A DNA stretch of 63,995 nucleotides, filler included, from Porpidia crustulata (lineage: Eukaryota), in the NCBI GenBank assembly GCA_964255105.1. It is 7 parts of 7 records of this genome, joined end to end, with 100 filler letters (N's around TTAATTAATTAA, not from the genome) between each part and the next. Parts side by side here need not be neighbours in the genome. Positions count along the whole stretch, not along the records: positions 36,837 to 45,914 come from CAXUWE010000998.1; positions 46,015 to 55,091 come from CAXUWE010000999.1; 5 more parts are not named here. One strand, 5' to 3'. Positions 38,555 to 51,805 of the stretch are shown here, piece after piece (within the stretch, counting starts at the first letter, position 1; every line of letters starts with the position of its first letter). Under the pieces are notes generated by a model, which made no database searches, had not been told where the DNA came from, and saw nothing but the letters and a program-made list of their open reading frames with translations. The position numbers and the translations under genes were made by a program.

Positions 38555-41500
38555 ATGGACGAGCTTTCGGATTTCCAAATTGGCCAAACAATAGAGCTTC
38601 AAGACGGCCGCAGTGCGACTGTCCGGTATGTCGGTAGTGCCCACTTTGCTGGGGGAGATTGGGTTGGAGTGGAACTGGATGATGCTACCGGCAAAAATGA
38701 TGGGGAAGTACAAGGCGAGCGATACTTCGAGTGTAGGTCCGGCCACGGGATGTTCGTACGCCCTGGGGTCACACGGATTGTTGACCAACCGAAAGAGAAG
38801 CCAACTGGACGCACTGAGGGAAAAGCCAACGGTACAGCGACCAGGAGCCGACCGCAGAGCATGGCTTCTGGAGGGTTCAGGATACAAAATGGCATGGATC
38901 CAGCCGCAATAAAGCGACAGAGCATCAATGCTGGCAGTCCTACCCCAGGAACAAAGGTAGGGCCGCCAGTGAGGCTTTTGGGAGTATGTAGACAATGATT
39001 CAAGAAGAACGTTTGGCTCATGTGAAGTAGTCTCCTAGTAAATCTCCTACCAAGCAATTGGGGTCCATCGCATCATCACGAAGCTCTACACCGCGCAACA
39101 CGGCACCCCCATCAGCAAACAAAATAGGAACAACTACTATGAAGTCCCAGCGAACATCCATGGGTCCTCCTACCTTCTCTTCGAACTCTAGAACATCACG
39201 GCAGTCGATCGCAGGTACAATGAATGGATTAGCTAGGGCTCCCAGTCAAACCTCTTCCAATTCTTCTCAGCCACCATTGAATAGGCAATCGATAAAACCT
39301 GGTAGACTGAAAGACATCGGCCCTGTCAGTGCCAAGAGAGAGGAAAGCCCAGAATCGCCGCCCGAATCCCTGAGTCCGGCGTTACTATCACCTCCAGTCA
39401 TTGACGGACAGGACGACGGGTCTATGAAAGACTTACACTCGCCACTATCATTTCAGTCCCTGGGCAGTAACGCACCCACGTTGACCCCACCGGAAACGTC
39501 ACGTGGGAGATCGCCTCCCTCGAAAACCCAGCGAGCCCCACCCATTGCCGCTACACATAGAGAAGTGGAAGATCTAAAGACCAAACTTAAGGTGATGGAG
39601 AAAAAGAGAACGGAGGATCGAGAAAAGCTCAAGACATTGGAGAAGGTGCAATCCGAACGAGATAAGTTTGAAGGGATAATCCAGAAGCTTCAATCCAAAT
39701 ACCAGCCACAACAGCAAGAGATGACAGATCTTAAGAAACGACTGACAGAGGAAGAGGCCAAGGTACAGGCTTTGGAGGCACAGCAGGCGGAGAATGACAC
39801 CATGGGTGAAATGGCGACGTTAGATAAGGAGATGGCGGAGGAGACTGTAGAGTCATTAAAGACGGAATTGGATGCACTTCGCCAGAAGAACCAAGAGATG
39901 GAACTCGAGCTCGAGATACTGAAAGAAGAGAACCAGGAGCTTGGAACCGAGATGAGCCCCGAGGAAAAAGCCAGTCAGGGTTGGTTGCAGATGGAGAGGA
40001 GCAACGAACGTTTGCGGGAGGCTCTGATGCGTCTTCGAGATATAACGCAGGAACAAGAATTGGACTTGAAGCAACAGGTGCAAGAACTCGAGAAGGATGT
40101 TCAAGATTTACGAAGTGTCAAGGAGCAATACTCGCAAACGAAAGCCAAATTGGTCCACTCAGAATCTATACTTGAAGATCTCAGGCAACAGTTGGACACG
40201 ACCCTTGGTGCTGAGGAAATGATTGAGGAGTTAACTGACAAGAATATGGCGCTCAACGAACAAGTCGATAAGCTAAGAGCAACTATCGAAGATCTAGAAA
40301 GCTTGAAGGAATTAAACGATGAGCTCGATCTCAATCATACCGAGACCGAGAAGCAGCTACAAGACGAAATCGACTTCAACGAATCAGTCATTGCGGAAAA
40401 TGCTAGGAAAAGTGCTCTCAAAGATGAAACTGTCCAGGACCTCGAGTACACAGTCTCTCGTTTCCGTGACCTTGTTGCAAACATGCAGAGCGACCTTGAA
40501 GATATGAGGGCTTCACAGCAAATCACCGAGACTGAAGCGAACGATATGACTCATCGTTCGAAAGCCATGATGGACCTGAATCTTCGCCTGCAGGCCTCAG
40601 CGTCCAAGGCGCAAGTCAAGGCCATTGACTTGGAATTGAGGAAAATGGAATCCCAAGAGTCTTCCGAACATCTAGCTATAGTACAGCTATTTCTCCCTGA
40701 GCAGTTCAAGATCGAAAGAGATTCCATCCGTGCCCTTCTTCGGTTTAAGCGAATCAGATTCAAGGCCAATCTGATGCACGACCTCATCAGGGAACGCCTA
40801 ACCGGCCAACAGACTCCGGGACATGAGGAGGATATCTTTGCTTGCTGTGAACTTTTGGAGAAGCTGTGCTGGATATCTGCCACATGTGACCGGTTTGCAT
40901 GTTCTGTCCAGACCTGCAGCCTGGAAGCATTCCTGAAGCTGGAAGGTGCCTTGTATGACGCTGAGCCGGTGGAGCGTGCTTTCAATGGATGGATTGAGGC
41001 TCTGAAGAGGGACGATCTGAAAGAAGGCCAATGCGCCCAGGAACTTCAGCGGTCTATTGCCTTGATGGCACACCTTGCGGAAATTCATATTCCTGAAGGT
41101 CTCGAGCGATTTGCTGATGACATTCACATGCGTGCTTCCATGATGCAAACCCACCTTGAGAGCGCTACTTCAGCTCTATCTCACATCAAGATAATATCGC
41201 AGACAAGGTTACCCACGCCTGGTGATATCGAGGTGGATGATGATATGGAACCTAGTGGGTTTCTCCAAAAGGTCGATGCTCTAATTTCACAGACTCGGAG
41301 TGCAAAGGTCGTCACTAGCAAAGCGATTCGCGAACTCGAGGAATTAAGATCACGCTCATTGACGCTTGACCCCTCTACGCTGGCTACCATTGAGCAGTCA
41401 CAGAATCTGACATCTGATTTTGCTTTGTCTACACGTACTGCAGGGGTCTCTGTCGCCCGCCTTATGAACGAAGAAGGTCGAACCATACCCTTCACCTTTT

Positions 41501-42600
41501 CCGAAATAGCTCATGCCATTACGCCTTCTGATACCACACCTTTATCAGACCTGTCTACTAAACTCCAGAATACCTTTAGCCAATTACAGACTTTCTACAA
41601 TCTAACGAATAGCCTCTCCCAAACCATCGAGTTCTCTTCTCCACCGACTCCACCACCTTGGGAGGTCCTTGCTGAGAATCTTCATGTCGCTTCTACCACA
41701 TCAGTCTCGCATGAGACAGAAATGCTGCGTCTAAAAGGCGAAGCGGTAGAGAAGAATACTGCCCTCGCCATGAAGGACAAGCTAGTCGAAGAGATGAGCG
41801 TCAAGGTTGAGGTGCTTGAGAAGCGTGTGAGTGAATCGGGTGGCCGAAAGGAGAAGGTCAGAGAGCTTGAAACGGTTGCGGAAACGGCCAGGTTAAAAGA
41901 AAAGGAACTCATCAGCAGGCTCACACGAGCCCAGAACTCTCTCCGTGAACTTGAGACTGAGCGGGAGACTTGGCTAGATGTGTCCCAAGCTACTACTACT
42001 CAGGCAAATGGCCATGTCCATCTACCTCCTAGCGGAGAAATTACGTCCGAGTCTGCTCTTTTCGAAATCGCCACCTTGAAATCCGAAATCTCGACTCTGC
42101 AATCGTCCATCCGCTTCCTTCGGTCGCAATCCCACACAAGCAACTTGTTGGCCTCGCTCTCCTTCCTATCCACCCCCATTGCAACCCCGCAGCCCGCTGG
42201 TCCAACGCTTGCACAACAAGAAGCGCAGGATGTACTGAAGGAGATGCTGGGGATTATTACAAACGACGCCAACAGGATCGTGCATTTAAAGGAGATGAAG
42301 AAAGAGGAGCGTTTAGCATGGCGACCCGTGAAAGAAAAGAGCAGCTGGAAGGCGGGAAGGATGAGGGAGGAGTGGGAAGGATGGCGAGACTGGATGGATA
42401 GTCTGGGGAAAGAAGTGACAAGGGCGGAGGCAAGGAGGACTGTTGCTGGACGCCATGCAAGCAGCAATGGCGATGCCTTGGCCCGGTCGCAGGTGCGGTT
42501 ACCGGAACGGGACCGAGGAAAGATAGGGGACGTCAGGGAGCTGAAGATTGTGGGACCAGGGGAGTGGGATGATGTGAGGGAAAGACTTGGCATTGCATAG
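38555..42600 (+). CDS. nudM: Dynactin subunit p150Glued, 2 exons
   Basis: CAP-Gly motif WVGVELDDATGKNDGEVQG; coiled coils; EMATLDKEMAEE; LGAEEMIEELTDKN; KAIDLELR. Intron 38984-39030. Confidence 0.95.
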
Positions 42601-43840
42601 AACGCCTTGTTTCTGTCCATTTGGACTGATAGAGTGGCCGCGTTGATGATACCCTGTTGCTGGTCTGAATTGAGAAATGGCATATAGTGTCAATGGGAAT
42701 GCTAAAACCTTCAAGGTAGTGCGGTCTGATCATTAATTTGGCCCTGCTGTCTCTACTCTCTGCACCAGTGCGACGAATACCCTCGGATTCTCGGTCAAGA
42801 TGTAAACCGCAATTGGGAGAAAGAAATAAAATCATCGGAACCCCGCCGACCCGTTTCTCCCCGCTCGATGCTCGACGCTCCTTGCAATTTGCAATTCGCA
42901 ACTCACAATCCGAATGATTAGACAAACACGACTTGCTTTTGCCGTTGTACTTTGAATCCCGTTATGATCAGGAATAGAATAATCCAGATCGACATAGTAG
43001 GTCGGTCAGGCGTAGATGTTCATCACAGTATGACCGCATCGCTCTTTATTCGAAACACTGAGACACCTCTACTATTTGTGATTATATTCTTTAGCTTTCA
43101 TTGTCAGCGGAGTAGCAATAGTAGTAGCAATTGGTAACTAAAATAACGACAGAGAGCAGATGGGAATTTCCATAGTAGATGATTGACTATTGACGTTAAT
43201 TTAAAACCGGGCTAGCGTAGCGGCGTAACCGGCCGCCCCCCGGCGAGCCTCGGGGGGCAGGAATAGAAATCCCCAGGATTCTGCCAAGGAAAAGAACAGC
43301 AACGACTTCTATATGAACACACGCACACCTGCCAGTAGAGTGGCGATTGAATCAGAGCACATGATGAGATTGCCATGTCGATGTATACTTCTTTCAGCAG
43401 GGTCGCGCAAGAACATGCAGCTATTCGCAGGATAGACGTTGTCGCAAAAAAACAAGGCATCACCTCGCTGGCGTGTCCAGCCAGTATGATTGCGACGGCA
43501 TCAAGAAATCACGACAAACAAGAACCAAGAAATCTCCCTTGTTCTCACGCTTGATCAAGTTATTTTCATTCAATTGTCACTATCATTCACTTTGGTCCAG
43601 TAATCTGCTGTAATCTGTCGCTGTCCACTGTGCACTTGTTTCCCGCCACGTCTTGGGCGTAAACAAAAAGGCTGGTGATGTTTTCCAGCCACACATCGTC
43701 AATAACCACATATTTCAACCACCACCCAGTTTACTTCTCTACTTTTCGTGCTCTTCATTTTGCATTCCTCTCTTACTCTATCAATATTAATCCATAACTG
43801 AACTCTGCGGAACTATCATACTCGCGCGCACTTCTGCAAA

Positions 43841-44929
43841 ATGTTCACCTTACCTCGCTTCGCTGCACTAGCGGCCCTGCCGGTCCTCGTTCGCGCCCAA
43901 AGCCTCACCTTCTATCAAATTACCATGGACGGCAAGGTCACTGCAATTCAAGTTCCCGCCCCGTCCGTCGCCACGGTCACTGTCTACACGACTTTGGAAG
44001 CAGCAACTGTAACCATGAGTCCGGCGCCTAGCATCCAAACCACTACTCTCGTCATCGCAGGCCCAGGATCACAACTCACTTCCATCGCCAGCAACATCCC
44101 AAGTTCAGTTCAGGAGCCTGCACCATCCGGACCGATCCTACCAATTGCCATCAGCGGATACACCACGTCCATTGTCATTCCAGCCAGCGCGTCTGTATCA
44201 ACCGGAACAGTCACTCTATCCCCTGTGATCGTACCTTTTGCCACAACCTCCGCATCCATCGACACCGCCGCTCTCGCTGCATCCTCGGCTTCAGTCGCCT
44301 CTGCCATCTCCTCCACCGCGAGTTCCCTCTCCTCCGCTGCCGCATCCATGGCCTCTGTCTTTACCGACTCCGCGGCAACGCTCTCAACCCATGTTCCAAT
44401 CCCCGTGCCCAACGGTCTCTCCACCACTTCCACCACCGTCACCGCAGAAAGCTCCACCACCTCCACCACCGCAGCGGCAGCAACAACTACCGAGTCCGCC
44501 TCAACAACAACCGGTGAACCAACTATTCTCCCCTACCCCACCCCTGCCACCACCACTAATAACATCCCCACCTCTAATGACACGGGTTCCAAAACCCCCC
44601 AACCCACCAGCACCGATACTGTACTCACTCCTATCCCCGTCCCTACGTCCATTGGCGCAAATACCACTCTCCCCACCTCAATAACCACCGACACTTCCAT
44701 CCTCTCCTCCGTCACCAACACCACCCTCCTGACCTCTACCACCGCATCCACCAGCATCGCGGCTTCCACCACCACCAGCAGTAGTACCGTACCTCCTTCG
44801 AGCAGTTCCAGCGCTCCAGCGCAAACGAGCAGCACCGCCGCGCCCAAGTCCGGCGCATCGCTTAGCCGGAACTTCAGCGGTGTGTTGGCAGTGGGCGTGG
44901 TGGTAGTTTGTGGGTTGGGAATGTTGTGA
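43841..44929 (+). CDS. Secreted Ser/Thr-rich, probably GPI-anchored cell-surface protein
   Basis: Signal peptide MFTLPRFAALAALPVLVRA, S/T/A/P-rich body, SGA omega-like site and hydrophobic C-terminus. Confidence 0.85.
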   Translation: MFTLPRFAALAALPVLVRAQSLTFYQITMDGKVTAIQVPAPSVATVTVYTTLEAATVTMSPAPSIQTTTLVIAGPGSQLTSIASNIPSSVQEPAPSGPILPIAISGYTTSIVIPASASVSTGTVTLSPVIVPFATTSASIDTAALAASSASVASAISSTASSLSSAAASMASVFTDSAATLSTHVPIPVPNGLSTTSTTVTAESSTTSTTAAAATTTESASTTTGEPTILPYPTPATTTNNIPTSNDTGSKTPQPTSTDTVLTPIPVPTSIGANTTLPTSITTDTSILSSVTNTTLLTSTTASTSIAASTTTSSSTVPPSSSSSAPAQTSSTAAPKSGASLSRNFSGVLAVGVVVVCGLGML

Positions 44930-45235
44930 TGCCAGAAGCGGCATTCCAGGGTTGTAATCAAGAAAGGAGGCGGTTCACTGTCGGTTCTTTGTACATTCTT
45001 TCGGAGTTGGTTTTACGGTTATGATATCCCAAGAGCGATGATGTTTTTTATGCGGTTTTAATGATTTCATGGAGCTAGGGGGGAGGGGATTGGGAATTAG
45101 GTATATACGATGAGTGGTCAGGGGAGAGAAGAGGAAAGGGAAGGGGATGTAATTAGCTGAGGATACCTTTCTCTGTAAATACTGCTGAGCTGGCATGATG
45201 CACAAATATTGTCCAAGAATCAGAAAGAGGGTGAT

Positions 45236-45509
45236 CACAGGGGGTGCCATAAGTCAATGGAGTCAGCCCTACCGAGGCATTTTCAGCCCCACCAAAACAT
45301 GGAATAGCTACTTACATAAGGCCATCATCATAAATCTGATTTCAGGGGCTTATCATCAAATTTTATGAGACGAGCGCATCGCCAGGGCATTCTTGAACGC
45401 GTGACCGTATTCCCTCCATGTTAATTTGGTCTCATTCGGATTTGATGTTTTGATGGAACTGGAGATACCTCGGTAGGGCTGACTCCATTGACTTATAGCA
45501 CCCCCTATG
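45236..45509. mobile_element. MITE A, 274 bp, ~45-bp TIRs, flanked by GAT/GAT
   Basis: Left TIR cacagggggtgccataagtcaatggagtcagccctaccgaggcat; right TIR (reverse complement) catagggggtgctataagtcaatggagtcagccctaccgaggtat. Confidence 0.85.
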
Positions 45510-45611
45510 GATTGGTGACTATTGCTAATGTGGTCGGAGGCTGTGAGTTGCATTTCCCGTTGTATGTCTCTATCGAGGGAATGGGGAAAACGTCCGAACA
45601 TAGATGACGAC

Positions 45612-45875
45612 CACGCGCCAGGCAAAAAAAAGCCGCGCACCCAAATTTTCCCCACCAAATTTACTACTGAATTTCAGGAGAATCATGAAAACAAAAAATC
45701 ATTATTAACATCATGAAATCCCTACTGAGGCCAAATTCCAGAGGGCTATAAGATTGAGAGCTGTAATAGACGGCGAGGATAAAATGACGGGTTATTAGAA
45801 CAATAAATCTCTGAAATTTAGTAGTAAGTTTGGTGGAGGAGATTTGGGTGCGCGGCTTTTTTTGCCTGGCGCGTG
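45612..45875. mobile_element. MITE B, 264 bp, ~65-bp TIRs, CAC...GTG ends, flanked by ACGAC/ACGAC
   Basis: cacgcgccaggcaaaaaaaagccgcgcacccaaat... mirrored at about 45811-45875; ACGAC at 45607-45611 and 45876-45880. Confidence 0.88.
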
Positions 45876-45914
45876 ACGACCAACGCAACTGCTCTTCCAA
45901 CCCAACTCCTTACT

Positions 45915-46014
45915 NNNNNNNNNNNNNNNNNNNNNNNNNNNNNNNNNNNNNNNNNNNNTTAATTAATTAANNNNNNNNNNNNNNNNNNNNNNNNNNNNNN
46001 NNNNNNNNNNNNNN
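45915..46014. other. Artificial contig spacer
   Basis: N44-TTAATTAATTAA-N44. Confidence 0.98.
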
Positions 46015-48250
46015 GGGTGATATGACACACGTTTTTGCAAATTCGCCTCGGAATCACTGAACCGGTCTACTTCAGTAAAGGAACAATTAGTCTAACATTT
46101 GAAAGCTAAATAGATTTATACATAAAGTATATAAAGGAGTTTATCGTCACTCGCGCATCCTCACCTTCATACCTCCGTGAGCCCTAGATCGAAATACTTC
46201 TGATCAAGTTACATCGGGGGCTTTGCATAGAGTTCATTGCCACAAAGTTAATGTGAACGATCGGGAGATTAGAGCTCAGAGGATGAGGAATTCGGCACTG
46301 GTTTCATCATTCAAGACCGCTTTTAGAACACGAACCTGCTTGTGCTCTCGTCCGAGCTTTCCTGATGTTCCTCGCTGATGGTAGAGCTAATGTTTGTCCA
46401 CTGCGATCAAGCTCTACCCCATGGCAGGGCTCCGATGCAGATATTCATCGCTCAAGCTTTGTGTAAACCAATACAAGGACTGTGTTGTTCCTGGCATTTG
46501 TCGATATACTTCGACTCAACGTTTTGCTCTGATTATGCTTTTAACATCTCCTTGAAAGACATCGTAAGTCCTGTTATACAAAAGAAAGCGTTTCCCTGCA
46601 TTTCGGCAAGCACTGAATATTACTACGACTATAATCCCTTTCTTTGAGTGGCCTTTGCTAGGGTGTCATTCATTGTTGGTCCTACTCAGAAAGACGCGAT
46701 CATTTAATCGATACGTGGCCTCAGCTATTGCCACGGTCCAGTAGGTCTTGTACTCACAGTATGCGTTATGTTGCTATGTTCAAAGAAAATCTTGAGTGGC
46801 ATGAAGTGTTGTGAGAAGGAGAGTCTCGGACAGCTTTGCTGTAAATCCAAGTCCTTGTAAGGCAAATCGACTCTATAGACAGTCACGTAGAAACCGTCTA
46901 ATCATTTGATATGATAAACAATGAGATGTTGACACTTAAATGGTCGGCGTGTTAGTTGTGATTGAGATCAACACTGTGAAAGCCTGGATCATGAGCACTG
47001 GATATTTGTCGTATGACTGCAGCACACTTAAGTATCGTCTCCTGAGCTCCATGCGATCTTCCGATCAGCAGTATGTCTAGGTCTTCATCCATGTCGTCCG
47101 ATAAGATGTTCTCATGTTCGTCTATCAGATCATCGTCTGAAGCCGATACCGAGCGCAAAACTCCGGTGATGACACCCGACGATTCTGACGACTCATGCGA
47201 CAATGAATCTACCACTTCAACAGAAATCGTTGTGGATGGATTGGAACAGATGAGCTTAGCAAATCCTCTGCGTACCATCAAGGAAACAAAGGAGTGTCGA
47301 GGTGAGGAATGCCACCGTTGTTCCCAGCATGTTCTATGCAGGTCGCCATGCAACTTCTTCTCAATTCACCGCATCGTTTGTTTTCATAGTAAGCTGATGG
47401 TACTTATATTTCGGTGATTCTCTGTACTTCTCAACAGTATCTGATTAACAGTGTGACCTCGTTGTTCAAACTCTCTTTTCTAGAACACAAAACTAAAAAC
47501 TTGGGAGGCCGAACAGCAGTATCATAATTTCTGGCAGCTAAAAAGGATAAGAGCCATGACCTAGCACATGCTAAGGTATCATTACCGACAATCACGTAAT
47601 ACTATCTATATAATACGTTAACTAGAGTAACTTATAAGTGGAAGTAACTATCTCAACCATCACTTTAATCGCTCTTTCTCACTACGGCCTCATCATCACC
47701 ATGATTCATAAGACGGATCTCGAAGCTGCAGTCTCCCCCTCAACATCACATACATTTAACATATACGATCAACGTTATATCATGGCAAATATCCCGTCAG
47801 GATCAATCATCCCGTTCAACAACCCGCTCACAGCGTGCAATGGCACACTCGAAATTTTTACCCCCCATCAAAAAGCCCCGGGACCTAGAGAAAGAATGCT
47901 GGGCCTCATCGCGAAAGCAGTAATCGCTATTGCGATAGCTTTCGCAATATGCGGAAGTCTAGCATGGCTATTTTCACTATCATGGCTTTGGCATTCGGTA
48001 TGTACTTACGAATTAATCCACTCAAATCTCTTCATGATTCTAATAAGCAGTTATAGATCAAATCAAGCACCTTGTCAGATTCCTCAAATCCCTTCTCTCT
48101 TTTCAATTAATTGTAACTACTCATAGATCGGGATAGGAAAGAAGCAGATGGGAGGCAGAGGAGATCAATAGGCTGTTGTGGACTTGGCGGGCTGCAAGGG
48201 GGAAAGTTAGATCGTATACATAGGCTCAGGAATTATTACTACTTGCTGGC

Positions 48251-49579
48251 ATGGTTTTTCACTACGACAAGTTCTCAAGCTTCGCAAGCAGCCAATTTTG
48301 CGAGGTGGCATATCTCTATTCTTCCAATATACCTGTAAGGGTAATGTTCTCACATAGCAATTTCCATCGTATGGAAAAGCTGTACAAGAATTTGCCAGGT
48401 ATTGGGGAAGTTAGCAACCTGGAGGTTGTGCCACTCTTCCTAAAAGAATCTCAGCTCACTGTTGAGCGGATGATGAAACTTATGGCAGTCGCCGAGAAGG
48501 AAGGGCCAATGCCTTTGTACATGGAGGTGAAAAATATGCTAGCTTTAGCGTTTGCATATTCTTCCGGAATATGGAACCAATAGCAAGACCATTGTTAATT
48601 TGTTCACAGATTGTAAGCAAAGTCCTCCGAGAAATCGCGTTGGAGCGGAAAGATGAACCAGGTTTGGACTATGCAGCCCTCAAGGAACGTCTATCCGCTC
48701 AAAGGTTCAACGAGGCCCAAAAGGGATTGTTGGACACCCGACTTCAACTATTAGAAAGCTTCATGGATGTCCCCAGCTTACCAAAAGCCCCTTTACTATC
48801 GGAAGTAAATATGAAAGTGGCCACAGAAGAGAAGAGAAAGAAGGCATTGTTGCGAAATTCACATGAGACCTATCAACAGAACAAACGTGCACTTATCAAG
48901 GGCGGGGATATCTGGTCGTTTGAGGCAGAATCGTTGACAATTGTTGACTTGAGTTGCCCTTTCGTCGACGAAAGCGCTGCATGTCTCTTATTCAATATAT
49001 GCATTGCCATCTTCTTAGAGGACCGAGGCGACGTCGGTCGAATAGTGGTTTTGGATGAGGCACATAAGGTATGAATAAACTTAAGAAGCTTCCATCACTT
49101 GTTCCTTCATCGCTAATATCAACTTGTCATAGTTCATGTCCGAAAGCAGCGCAGCGAATGCTTTCACAGAAAGCTTATTGACCATCATCCGCCAACAACG
49201 ACATTTGGCAACCCGAATCATCGTTGCGACACAAGAGCCAACAATCTCACCAAAGTTACTCGACCTGAGTTCGATGACAATCGTTCACCGTTTCACATCG
49301 CCAAGCTGGTTGCACGCTCTGAATACCCATATCGCGGGTATATCGGGTGATCACGAGTCAACAAAACGAAACCTTGCGAAGATTTTCGAACAGATTGCTG
49401 ATCTTGAGACCGGCCAGGCTTTGCTCTTCTCGCCATCCGCTGTATTGGACATCGTAGACGATCACGAGGATCAAACTGGTGCCGACTTCAAGACCAAGAA
49501 ACTAGGACTCCGATATGTACAGATGAGAGTTAGGAACAGGATGACGGCTGATGGCGGAAGAAGTATTCTCGCTGCCTAG
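48251..49579 (+). pseudogene. 5'-truncated fungal HerA/VirB4-like P-loop ATPase, 3 exons visible
   Basis: VFHYD, MPLYME, LTIVDLSCPF, Walker B IVVLDEAHK, IRQQRH, ATQEPT, HRFTSP. No Walker A found upstream on the contig. Confidence 0.7.
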
Positions 49580-49595
49580 GAATTTTGGGGGGCAG

Positions 49596-49933
49596 CTAGC
49601 GACAGTGGTTGACTATTTCACGTCTTGAAAGGAAAGGAGTTGTTGTGTCAGGGTAAGGGACTAGATAGCATGCTTCTTCAATATGAAATCCTGTGATAGT
49701 ACAAGATGATCTCTCTAGGCTCAGGCCTTCGTAGTATTCTTTTCGCCATTGAGACGGCCATGCGACTCGCCGTGGGGATTTGAAAACCTTAGGATGCAGG
49801 TACTCGGTAGGCAACCCAGACTGCCGTGTACTATGTATGGAAGGTCTGGATCGCCTTGCTGCGTCATCTTGGAGACTCTAATACTTGAGTGATCGACACT
49901 TTCGCTAGCACGCCAATTAGTCATCGCGTCCAT
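49596..49933 (-). pseudogene. Possible relic of a fungal HNH-domain gene
   Basis: ERSSCTITGFHIEEACYLVPY resembles the R..C.ITG...EAAH.VP start of fungal HNH domains; frames are broken. Confidence 0.25.
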
Positions 49934-50331
49934 TTCGTCTGCTTAGGTAATACATACTCGAAAATGCGATTCTTTAATCCCGGTGGCTCCATCTCGCCTT
50001 TCATCTCTCAACTCCATTCGGCCATATGCACCATCTGCAACTACGGATACTACGGATATCATGGATTTGATCTCCCCTCAACCGCGCGGAGTCGGCGACG
50101 CTTTACATCATCATGGCCCCTCCATCCATATCGAGGGGTCTAGAACGTGGGTGGGATGTTTGGAGCGAGAAAAGAACGAACAGTCTCCGACATGTTCGCC
50201 GCGAATCCTTCCGTCCGCCTCCTAGTATCTCCAACTCGGCTTTGCCAGGTCAATACCCGTAAAGACCTTCAATCTTCCTTCCAGCGCTCCAATCTTCTGG
50301 AAGAACGCAATCCACATCACCCACTCCCATC

Positions 50332-51085
50332 ATGCCCACCACAAAGAAATACGGTTCGCCCGGCGAGGCCAATAAGGCCATAGGCGGTCTACCAACCATG
50401 CATTACTTCGATTTCGCCTCCCGTGGCCGTGGTCAAGTCGTGCGCCTGCTGTGGGAGGACGCCGGCATCGCCTATGAAGACGTCCGCTACACCTTCGAAG
50501 AGTACCCCGATTACAAGAAATCCCGCATCCAGCAGATGAACCCCACGGCCACGATCCCCGTCATCGAGCTGAACGGCAAGATCCTGACGCAGAGCTATGC
50601 CATCTTGAGGCACTTTGCAAGACTGTTGGGCAAATACGACGGACAAACGGAGGACGAGAAATACTGGGCCGACGCCATGTGCGACATCGCCATCGACTGT
50701 TCGTCTCTCCCCATCTCTTCCTCATCCTAGCAATCTCAACTCACAAACACCCATCACAGGGCGTACGCTCTTCATCCAAGCTTTCTTCTCCCCCAACAAA
50801 GACGAAACCTACCCGAAACATGCCCAAGGCGACCGCGCTCACTTCCTCCAAGCCTTGGAAACTCACCTCAAATCCAACGAGCTCTCCACCCGTGGTCCCT
50901 TTGTCATTGGCAAGGAAATCACCTATGCGGACATGGTCATCTACCAGGTGTGCCACGACGAGAATCTGACGCAGGAGGGGCGGAAGGGGTTGAAGGAGTA
51001 CCCGCGGCTGACGCAGCTGGTGGATGCGGTGGAGGCGAGGCCGAATGTCAAGGCGTTTTTGGGGAGTGAGCGATACCTTGGGTAG
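50332..51085 (+). CDS. Glutathione S-transferase, 2 exons
   Basis: HYFDFASRGRGQVVRLL, NPTATIPVIE, LTQSYAILRH, ITYAD, YPRL. Intron about 50699-50759. Confidence 0.9.
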
Positions 51086-51805
51086 AAGGTTGATTGGATG
51101 GAAGAGTAATCTTAGTTAGGTACCGGATCAGATATCGAGGTTGACGAAGTCAAAGGGCTTTTCATTTGTAGAAAATGTGATAAAAGGTCCGGTGTTGGCC
51201 CGGCCGGGTTGGCGTCCCGCCGATCGGGGAACGCGTACGCGCCCAGCCCTTCGCCGCCTTCCCAACAAATAAAAACCGCTCTCCCCTCGCTGTTCTTCAA
51301 GTTTCTTCTACATCCCTTGCTCATTCGCGTAGGCTTGCGCTCCTGCTGCCTCCTCCTTTTCCGTCTCATGACTGCTCGCTCGGACCTCGACCTTCCATCG
51401 GGAAACTAGGCTACTCAGCCGCGACGGTCGATATCAGCTTCAACGCCGTCGACTCCCAGCCAAGAGTTCACTTCCCTCGATCGCGATTTCTGATGCTTCT
51501 ACGATGTCGGCAATTAGAACATGTGGTGACTCACATGGCTGTCCATACATCCCTTCCCTTTTGAAGCTGGTCCAAAATCTTGTCACCAGCATTGCCGCAC
51601 AATTGTAGACCGACCGATGGCGTAGCAGAAGCCGAGTGGAGAAGCCGTGCGGTGGGACGCATTTTCCCAAAGGAAGAGGGGTGACGTGGCGAGGCATGAA
51701 AGTCAAGCAATTATAAAATGCTTCCGGTTAGGAGCTGACATGCATGCATGTTGCTCCTATGCCAGAGGGCCTTTTTGTCCGTCTGCGGTATACAGATGTC
51801 TCTGC

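Noticed and set aside
43235..43258. GC-rich hairpin gccccccg...cggggggc as a terminator or ncRNA
   Set aside because: Isolated 8-bp stem with no other RNA-gene features; intrinsic terminators do not apply here.
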